From: Acidobacteriota bacterium
Lineage (GTDB): Bacteria > Acidobacteriota > Polarisedimenticolia > J045
Direction of reading: 5' to 3'
Assembly: GCA_020350085.1 (NCBI GenBank)
Contig: CP070706.1
Coordinates: 3,542,780 to 3,584,436 of the forward strand
Length of the DNA: 41,657 nt
Shown here: positions 35,148 to 41,657 of the stretch, piece by piece
Position numbering within the stretch: the first letter of the stretch is position 1
Layout of the letters: each line of letters starts with the position of its first letter
The notes under the pieces: generated by a model
The model's input: the letters and a program-made list of their open reading frames with translations, nothing else
Database searches by the model: none
Told to the model about the DNA's origin: nothing
Position numbers and translations under genes: made by a program

Positions 35148-36221
35148 CTAATAATATCCTGCTCTCGTGCGAACAATCACGTCCCTGCCCGGAACCGTGA
35201 TGCGGATCGGTTTGAATCGTCCGTCGGAGGGCTCGGTGGGACGAAGCGCCAGCCAGTACTGGTGGCGAAGCTCGGCGGCGAGCGTTGCCGCCGCGTCGTC
35301 GGCGCTCTTTCGATCGGTGACCAAGAACAGCCGCCCTCCTGTCTGACCGGCCACCCTTCGCAGAGGATCGAAAGGAGAGCTGTCCGAGCGGCGATCCTGA
35401 AACTCGCGGCCGACTCCCCCAACGGCCCACACGTAGACCGGCACCCCGACGCGCCGCGCCGTCGCGATCACATCGTCGGCGCTGGTCCGGCTCGCGTTGT
35501 CGACACCGTCGGAAACGAGCACGATCGCGTGCCGCTCGCGCGGCGCGTCGGGCACGATGTGCGCGGCAGCATCGAGAGCGTCCCTGAGAGCGGTTCTGCC
35601 GTGGCGGGGAATCGCCACGCCGTGCTCGAGGGTCGCGAACGGCCGGTCGTTCCAGTCCAGTTGCAGCTCGACTCCCCGGCTGGCAAAGCTCAGCAACATG
35701 ATGCGATCTTGCGGGCCCAGCCGGCGCATGAGGGGCCGTAGTGCCGTTCTGGTCGGCTCGCCCGCGAGCGGTTCCATCGACTCCGAAACGTCGAGCAGGA
35801 TCGCCAGGCGCAGCGGCCGGTCATCTTCCTCGCTGAACCACGCGATCGGCTCGAGCTTTCCTTGCACCTCGATTCGGAACTCCTCGGCATTCAGCCCGGC
35901 GACGGGACGGCCCGAGCGATCGAGAACGATCGCCGGCAGCATCACGAGTCGCACGGCGACGTCCTCGGATGGCAGCGCGAGGAGCAGCTCTTCGAGCTCG
36001 GCATCGCTCAACGGCGGCCCTCCTCGCGAGACCCGCTCCATCAGCTCACGAACGCGTTGCTCGTCGAGCTGCGCTCGCTCAGCAAAGGACTCGAGACTAA
36101 CCCCCGAGATCAGCAGTGCTGCCAGCAGAGCCATCGCTGCGCGTGCGGTGAGAATGCCGCACGCTGGACGGCTCGCGCGAGAACATCTCCTCTCACTTCC
36201 CCGCAACCCACACCTCCTCAC
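35148..36221 (-). CDS. VWA domain protein of the Acidobacteria-type VWFA-related family (TIGR03436-like)
   Basis: MIDAS context LRLAILLDVSESM. HAIVLVSDGVDNAS. The C-terminal tail FKPIRITVPGRDVIVRTRAGYY is typical of that family. The start could instead be the ATG at 36132-36134. Confidence 0.85.
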   Translation of the reverse strand: MRRCGLRGSERRCSRASRPACGILTARAAMALLAALLISGVSLESFAERAQLDEQRVRELMERVSRGGPPLSDAELEELLLALPSEDVAVRLVMLPAIVLDRSGRPVAGLNAEEFRIEVQGKLEPIAWFSEEDDRPLRLAILLDVSESMEPLAGEPTRTALRPLMRRLGPQDRIMLLSFASRGVELQLDWNDRPFATLEHGVAIPRHGRTALRDALDAAAHIVPDAPRERHAIVLVSDGVDNASRTSADDVIATARRVGVPVYVWAVGGVGREFQDRRSDSSPFDPLRRVAGQTGGRLFLVTDRKSADDAAATLAAELRHQYWLALRPTEPSDGRFKPIRITVPGRDVIVRTRAGYY

Positions 36222-36275
36222 CGCAGCGCTGCGTTCGGCTGCCGTGATGATGTCTCAAGGCTATACTGCAGTCTC

Positions 36276-36695
36276 ATGAGGGGCAGAATCCAGCATATTC
36301 GGCAACGTGTCTCACTCATCCTCAAGATGTTGTCCGTGTTGGTGTTGCTGGCCGGGGCTGGAGACGTTCTGGCCGCGAGGGATCTCAGCCGGCGTGAGTT
36401 CCGCCAGGAGCTGCGCTTCGCCGCCGATATGGCGGAGCGTGGACTGTGGCGCGAGGCGATGTTCCGCTGGAAGCGACTTCTCGAGCAGCGCCCGGACGAG
36501 CCGCGGCTGCTGAACAATCTCGCCGTCGCCCACGAAGCGATCGGTGAGCACGAGCAGGCGATCGCGCTCTACGCTCGCGCGCTGGAGCTGACGAGCGAGA
36601 GGAACATCGCAACGAATCATCAGCTCGCTCTGCAGATCCTCGAGCAGCGCTCGAACGACGAGCGAGAGGATGTCGAAGGGGAATTCGATCCTTGA
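36276..36695 (+). CDS. small TPR-repeat protein with an N-terminal signal or anchor
   Basis: MLSVLVLLAGAG, then FAADMAERGLWREAMFRWKRLLEQRPDEPRLLNNLAVAHEAIGEHEQAIALYARALEL (two TPR-like units). The 277 aa track ORF upstream part lies antisense to the VWA gene. Confidence 0.7.
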   Translation: MRGRIQHIRQRVSLILKMLSVLVLLAGAGDVLAARDLSRREFRQELRFAADMAERGLWREAMFRWKRLLEQRPDEPRLLNNLAVAHEAIGEHEQAIALYARALELTSERNIATNHQLALQILEQRSNDEREDVEGEFDP

Positions 36696-37396
36696 TCGGC
36701 AGGTGCTCATACTCCGGCCGTCGGCTCTGTGCGAACGTGGCCGCAGTCGCGCTGCTTTTCGCGGCGGCGCCGGTCGCGGACGCGGGCTCGTGGAATCAGG
36801 TACCGATCGAGCTGCCGCTGCCGGCGAAGCTCGACACCGATCCGGGTGAGTCGCTCCTCGTCGCTCGCTTCCGCGCCACGGACCACGATTGGATCGACGT
36901 CGGGCTGGAGATTTCACGTTGGATGCGCCGGCAGCTCGCTCGGACGACGGCGCTCGATGTGCTCGACGTCCCACCGCCGCCGATTCCCGAGCAGCGTCCC
37001 GCACAGCTCGCGGTCAACGACGTGTTCTGGCGACGCCTCGGCAACGACTTTCAAGCCGATCTGATCGTGGCTGGCGTCGCGTCGTATCAGATAGACGATC
37101 GTTCGGGATATGTCACCGAAGACGTCATCAGCAACATTACAGGCCAGACAGTGCGCCAGTCGCGTTTCGCGGAGATGACAGGATTTCGACTGCGTGTGGA
37201 GATCTTTTTTCTCAAGGGTGACAACGGCGCACTGCTTCACAACGACGTTTGGCAGGAAGAGACAGTCAGAGGTGAGGGGAACATACGGGAGCATCTCGAG
37301 GTGCTGTTCGAGCTCCTCGAATCGATGGCGGATGACCTGTCCGCCGTCTTTTTGCCGACCCGGATCACGGAGCCTCGCTTCATCTGGGTCGAGTAG
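36692..37396 (+). CDS. hypothetical secreted protein
   Basis: The TTG start overlaps the TPR gene stop (TTGA). Signal AAVALLFAAAPVADA. No motif recognised. Confidence 0.6.
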   Translation: MIGRCSYSGRRLCANVAAVALLFAAAPVADAGSWNQVPIELPLPAKLDTDPGESLLVARFRATDHDWIDVGLEISRWMRRQLARTTALDVLDVPPPPIPEQRPAQLAVNDVFWRRLGNDFQADLIVAGVASYQIDDRSGYVTEDVISNITGQTVRQSRFAEMTGFRLRVEIFFLKGDNGALLHNDVWQEETVRGEGNIREHLEVLFELLESMADDLSAVFLPTRITEPRFIWVE

Positions 37397-37410
37397 CTGC
37401 TGGAGGTATC

Positions 37411-40400
37411 TTGCGTGCCCTCATCCGATCACTCGTAACACTCTCGTTGCTCGTGCTGATCTGCTGGACGCCTGCGAGCGCGCAGTTCGGCAAGAACAAG
37501 ACCAGCTACGCGACATTCGACTGGAAGGTTTATCACTCGCCTCACTTCGACGTTTATTTCTATCCAGCCCAGGAGAATCAGCTGCAAGCCGTCGTCTCGG
37601 AGCTCGAGAGTGCGTATCTCGATCACTCGCAGCGGCTCCAGCACGAGCTCCGCGAACGAGTCCCCGTGATTCTCTATCGAACTCATCGCGAGTTTCTGCA
37701 AACGAACGTGTATCTCTCGGAGCTGCCTGAAGCCGTCGGAGCGTTCGCCGAACCCTTCCAGGGCCGGATGGTGCTACCGATCGACGATCCTCCCGACAAG
37801 CGCTACAAGCTGATTCGCCACGAATTGGTGCACGTCTTTCAGTTCGACATTCTCTACGGTGAATCGCTCCGCCGAACGCTTCGTGCTTCACCTCCGGTGT
37901 GGCTCGTCGAGGGGATGGCGAGCTACCTTGCCGACGATGAAGACGCATTCGACCAGATGGTCATTCGCGATCTGGTGATCAATAACCAGGTCCCGTCTTT
38001 GGCTCGGCTGAATCGGCTTGCGTTCGAGACTTACCGCTTCGGCAACGCGATTTTCAGCTTCATCGAGGGCAAGTACGGCTCAGATGGGGTGCGGACGTTT
38101 TTGTTCGAGTACCGCAAGGCGCTGCTCGCGCAGAACATCGAAAAACCGATGAAGGATGCGTTCGGACTCAGCGTCGAGCAATTCGATCGGCTGTTCGCAC
38201 GGTACCTTCGCCGGCGGTACCTGCCCGTGCTGACCGACACGCGCTCGCCGGACGAATACGGACCGGAAATCGGCCTATCGAAACCCGGTCGAGTCACGTA
38301 TGCGCCGGAGCTGAGCCCTTCTGGAGAGCTGATCGCCGCCATCGCGACGCCGACGAGATACGAGTTCGACGTCGTCGTTCTCTCGACCAAGGACGGTGAG
38401 CTCGTGAGGAATGTCACCAAGGGATTCACGAATCGATACCGATCACTCGTCAGTGGGGTGGGCGAGGGCGAGCTGGACGTCCGCGCGCTCGGTTGGTCGC
38501 CTGAAGGAGACCGACTCGCTTTCTTCGTCAAGCGCGAGAACGTGCGCGATCTGTTGATTTATGACCCGATCCGAGGTCGCCGCATCGACCGGATCACGTT
38601 CGACGAGATCGCTAATGTCACCTCGCCCGCTTTTTCGCCGGACGGGAAGTGGATCGCATTCTCAGGCAACCTCGACGGGTATTGGGACATCTTTCGCGTC
38701 AACCTCGAGTCGAAGAAGATCGAGAACCTGACCCAGGACGTCCATCCGGACACGAATCCATCGTGGGCGGAGGACGGATCGAAGGTGCTGTACAACCGCC
38801 GTATCGGCCAATTCGCCAAGATCTTCGTCGTCGATGTGGGCGCTCCGGAGCGCAAGACACAGCTGACGGCCGGCCCGGCATCGGACATCCAGCCCCGTTT
38901 CTCGCGCGACGGTAAGTGGGTCTACTTCGCGTCCGATCGGGGCCTTTTTGGCGTATTCAACTTGCACCGACTGAATCTCGCCGACGGCAAGATCGAGCGG
39001 CTGACCGATGTCGGCGGCGGGGCTTTCGCGCCGGTGGAGCTGAACCCAGCGGACGACGACTCGCGCCAACTCGCCTACACCGCGTTTCACGACCGGACTT
39101 TTCGGGTTTTCCGGTTGAAGCTCTCCGGTGAACACGTGGCGGCTGCCATCGAGAAAGGCAAGAGCGAGCCGCAAAGCTCGCCGCTGGCTCCATCGCGCAG
39201 AAGACAGCGCGAAGACGGAGATGCGGAGCCGGGTCCGGCCGAGGATGCCGAGGGAGCCGTTGCGCCGAACACGGGGCTTTCTCTCGATTCGAAGCACCCT
39301 TCACGTGCCTCTTCCCTCCCATCTCGTGTCGGCCTGCTCGGCCCCGCCAGCGCGGATCTGAATCTGAGCGGATCGCTGGGATGGAACGTGCTCAGAGCGT
39401 CGAACTCGTTTTCGTCTCTCGCTCCCGCAACGGCTCAGCGCACCACGGAGCCTGACGACGATGAGGACGCGGACCTGCGACCGTTCTCACCGCCGCTCGA
39501 GCTGACTCTCGATCCAGACAGGACAGAGGACTACAAGCTCAAGTGGAAGCTGGACGAACCCCAAATCGAGGTGGGTGTCACCGACGACGGGCGCTTTTTA
39601 TCCGATATCGCGCTGAGCTTCAGCGACCTGCTCGGTAACCAGCGCATCTTCGTTCAGAGCAGCTCCGTCAGTCAGTTCGCGAACGTGACGGCTGCCTACT
39701 TGAACGTGACACGTCGAATCGACTGGGGGGCGTTCATTTCCGACTACCGCGACTTCTACCTCGTCGCAGAAGCCGGCGGCAGCTTTGATACAGAGCGCAG
39801 AACACGGGTAACGAGTGTCGGCGCGTTCTCGAGCTACCCACTCAGTCGTCACTACCGGCTCGAGGGGGAGGTCGCCTACGCGCAAGAACGCTCCGACATA
39901 CCGTTCGTCGATCAAACCGGCAGTGTGTCCTTCTTTCGCCAATCGAACGACTATCCAGTGATGACGTTGAGCTTCGTCGGAGACACCGTACGAGCAGGCT
40001 CGTTCTACGGGCCGCTTCACGGTCATCGCTTCCGAGTCGGAGTATCCGGGATCAAGTTCGTCTCGGGTGATCTCGACGGCGAGACGCTCTACAGGCTCAA
40101 CTTCGATTACCGCGGGTATCAACGCGTGACCTCGCGGAGTCTGTTAGCGTTTCGACTGGCCGGACTGCTTTCCAGGGGGGAAGTGTCCACGGTCTACAGC
40201 CTCGGCGGCTACAACCAGCTCCGAGGCTTCCGCTACCGCGAGTTCTTCGGCGAGAACGTCGCGTATTCGAACTTCGAGTTCCGGTTTCCATTGTTCGACG
40301 CGATCTTCTGGAGCTTCGGTGTTCCCACCGGGCCCGTGCGCGCGTTCGCCTTCGTCGACGTCGGTGCCGCATGGTTTGAGGACGAAGTGATCGGCTTCGA

Positions 40401-40638
40401 TCCGATCACCCTCGAACCGATCACCGGACGCCTGGCCTACGACTCCCGAACCGGAACTTTCCGCGAGTTCAAGACGCGTGATGAGAACGACAAGCTTCAG
40501 GACGTTCACGCATCCGCGGGGCTCGGAATCTGGCTACCTTTCCTCGGACTGCCGATGAACTGGTCCTTTTCGCGCATTTTCGACGGCGACGAGTTCGGTC
40601 CCTGGCACTCGAACTTCTACATCGCTTTCGAATGGTGA
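37411..40638 (+). CDS. outer-membrane fusion protein: peptidase-MA-like domain + PD40 (TolB-like) beta-propeller repeats + Omp85-family barrel
   Basis: GGAGG lies 6 nt before the TTG start. Signal LVTLSLLVLICWTPASA. Metallopeptidase motifs are RHELVHVFQF (HExxH) and VWLVEGMASY. PD40-like repeats are SPSGELIAA, WSPEGDRLAF, SPAFSPDGKWIAF, NPSWAEDGSKVLY and QPRFSRDGKWVYF. A low-complexity linker spans about 39150-39480. The C-terminal barrel has GGYNQLRGFRYREF (Omp85 loop-6 RG(F/Y) motif) and the terminal sequence NFYIAFEW. Confidence 0.85.
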   Translation: MRALIRSLVTLSLLVLICWTPASAQFGKNKTSYATFDWKVYHSPHFDVYFYPAQENQLQAVVSELESAYLDHSQRLQHELRERVPVILYRTHREFLQTNVYLSELPEAVGAFAEPFQGRMVLPIDDPPDKRYKLIRHELVHVFQFDILYGESLRRTLRASPPVWLVEGMASYLADDEDAFDQMVIRDLVINNQVPSLARLNRLAFETYRFGNAIFSFIEGKYGSDGVRTFLFEYRKALLAQNIEKPMKDAFGLSVEQFDRLFARYLRRRYLPVLTDTRSPDEYGPEIGLSKPGRVTYAPELSPSGELIAAIATPTRYEFDVVVLSTKDGELVRNVTKGFTNRYRSLVSGVGEGELDVRALGWSPEGDRLAFFVKRENVRDLLIYDPIRGRRIDRITFDEIANVTSPAFSPDGKWIAFSGNLDGYWDIFRVNLESKKIENLTQDVHPDTNPSWAEDGSKVLYNRRIGQFAKIFVVDVGAPERKTQLTAGPASDIQPRFSRDGKWVYFASDRGLFGVFNLHRLNLADGKIERLTDVGGGAFAPVELNPADDDSRQLAYTAFHDRTFRVFRLKLSGEHVAAAIEKGKSEPQSSPLAPSRRRQREDGDAEPGPAEDAEGAVAPNTGLSLDSKHPSRASSLPSRVGLLGPASADLNLSGSLGWNVLRASNSFSSLAPATAQRTTEPDDDEDADLRPFSPPLELTLDPDRTEDYKLKWKLDEPQIEVGVTDDGRFLSDIALSFSDLLGNQRIFVQSSSVSQFANVTAAYLNVTRRIDWGAFISDYRDFYLVAEAGGSFDTERRTRVTSVGAFSSYPLSRHYRLEGEVAYAQERSDIPFVDQTGSVSFFRQSNDYPVMTLSFVGDTVRAGSFYGPLHGHRFRVGVSGIKFVSGDLDGETLYRLNFDYRGYQRVTSRSLLAFRLAGLLSRGEVSTVYSLGGYNQLRGFRYREFFGENVAYSNFEFRFPLFDAIFWSFGVPTGPVRAFAFVDVGAAWFEDEVIGFDPITLEPITGRLAYDSRTGTFREFKTRDENDKLQDVHASAGLGIWLPFLGLPMNWSFSRIFDGDEFGPWHSNFYIAFEW

Positions 40639-40679
40639 TGTGATCTGCGGCTACGACGCGGGGGCGGTTGAAAGCGCGA

Positions 40680-41579
40680 CTAACGGAACGTCGCCCGGCC
40701 GGCGGTCAGCGCTGCGGAGACGGAGCCGGCCAAGGTGCCGGCGAGCACCAGAAGGACGGCCGAGCCGAACGAGAGCCCACTTCCAAACAGTGCTTGGACC
40801 CATCCCGACAGCGGCCCACCGGCCGTAGCGGCCATCAGCAAGTCCTGGCCTCCGTGAGCGAGCACCGCGGCCAGCAGCGCTCCCGTACCGCCCAGTAGCG
40901 CCCCCGCCAACAGCACCGGGCTGATGACGTAGAGTGCGGGGGCACCGGTCAGACGCATCAAGGCGACCTCCTCACGCTTGTCGTCGAGCGCCAGGCGCAC
41001 CACGCTGCCGACGGCGACCAGTGCCGATAGCAGCAGCAGCCCCGCTCCGCCGAGCAGCAGCCACCCGGCAGCTTGGCCGACTCGAGCCATCGCCTCCAGC
41101 CAGTCACGATCGTATCGAATCCCGGTCACGGACGGCTCGCTGTCGACCGCAGAGATCAGTTCGGCCACCGCCCGCGCATCGAATGTCGCCGGCACGATTC
41201 TGAGCGACGCCGGAAACGGGTTTTCGCCGAGCAGCAGGTCGATGTCTCGAACGTCGGGAAACAGCAGGCGGAACTGAGCCAAGGACTCTTGCGAGCTGAC
41301 CCATTCGACGCGCCGGACCGAGGGATACGACGAGATCAGCTCGCGCAGGTCCGCCGCTTGCTGCTCGGTGGTCACCGGCGTGAGGTACACCTCGACGACG
41401 GCCTGATCGACCCAACGATCGACTGTCTGTTGGACCCCCCGCATTAGCATCAAGAATACGGCGAGCACGAGCACTGCGGCGGTCATCGTCACCAGCGACA
41501 GCAGCGATACGAGCGGCCGGCGCAGCAGATCGCTGAACACCACCCGCGTCGCCTCGGCCATGTAGATCAGCGATCTCAC
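40680..41579 (-). CDS. ftsX: cell-division ABC transporter permease FtsX
   Basis: 299 aa, with TM1, a periplasmic domain (VEVYLTP...VRRVEWVSSQESLAQF...NPFPASLRI) and three C-terminal TMs. The GTG start overlaps the upstream stop (GTGA). Confidence 0.9.
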   Translation of the reverse strand: MRSLIYMAEATRVVFSDLLRRPLVSLLSLVTMTAAVLVLAVFLMLMRGVQQTVDRWVDQAVVEVYLTPVTTEQQAADLRELISSYPSVRRVEWVSSQESLAQFRLLFPDVRDIDLLLGENPFPASLRIVPATFDARAVAELISAVDSEPSVTGIRYDRDWLEAMARVGQAAGWLLLGGAGLLLLSALVAVGSVVRLALDDKREEVALMRLTGAPALYVISPVLLAGALLGGTGALLAAVLAHGGQDLLMAATAGGPLSGWVQALFGSGLSFGSAVLLVLAGTLAGSVSAALTAGRATFR

Positions 41580-41657
41580 GGAGCGTGCTCCCCCGGGACG
41601 AGCCTCCCGCCGTGCAGACGGATCAGGCGTACTCGAGCGGCCTCTATCAACCTCAGA
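41576..41657 (-). CDS. ftsE: C-terminal end of an FtsE-like ABC ATPase (5' part outside the window)
   Basis: My translation of the reverse strand gives ...LRLIEAARVRLIRLHGGRLVPGEHAP*, ending in a GTGA overlap with ftsX. Only 26 codons are visible, so the assignment rests mainly on synteny. Confidence 0.55.
   Translation of the reverse strand, partial: LRLIEAARVRLIRLHGGRLVPGEHAP

Noticed and set aside
1-41657. Scan for CRISPR arrays, tRNA/rRNA genes, IS elements, integrases, toxin-antitoxin pairs, retron/DGR reverse transcriptases, and nuclease/helicase/ATPase defence genes
   Set aside because: I found no regularly spaced repeats, no tRNA T-arm-like GGTTCGAATCC-type sequences, and no ORF with transposase, integrase, RT, nuclease or helicase motifs. 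The search was by eye only, so small or degenerate elements could have been missed.

Overview
GC-rich bacterial chromosomal segment with about 35 protein-coding genes. Most are on the minus strand, and many are chained by 1-4 nt stop/start overlaps. The ORF track renders GTG/TTG starts as M. A TIGR03436-style VWFA protein suggests an Acidobacteria-like origin (inference only). I saw no rRNA, tRNA, CRISPR array, transposase/integrase or recognisable phage-defence genes. Gene content, left to right: (1) an ACP / class II aldolase-like / fatty acyl-AMP ligase cassette; (2) lipid kinase, aminotransferase, MATE exporter, M28 peptidase and BON protein; (3) a 1550-aa secreted S8 protease; (4) a REC-GGDEF regulator with a broken frame; (5) an orphan ExbD flanked by a 26-27 bp imperfect direct repeat; (6) a MerA-like flavoprotein / two transferases / DUF3179 operon; (7) BolA and Grx4; (8) a tightly coupled lipoprotein M1 peptidase / membrane protein / MTHFR-like / small ORF / 2Fe-2S ferredoxin chain behind a TonB-dependent receptor; (9) an MBL hydrolase plus a flavoprotein of the family found fused to SelD; (10) an OM barrel, a bifunctional homocysteine methyltransferase/MTHFR, an OmpA lipoprotein and a VWFA protein; (11) a TPR / secreted protein / peptidase-MA+PD40+Omp85-barrel operon; (12) FtsEX. 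The strongest lead is the DUF3179 gene. It is one continuous reading frame interrupted by a single in-frame TGA, and the TGA sits exactly where the family's CPLC motif has its first Cys (W-U-P-L-C). A hairpin follows immediately downstream. It lies next to two transferases of the families I recall being named rSAM/selenodomain-associated, and to a disulfide reductase. Together these make a candidate selenoprotein-centred redox or metalloid-handling module. All family assignments come from motif recognition by eye and none was checked against a database.
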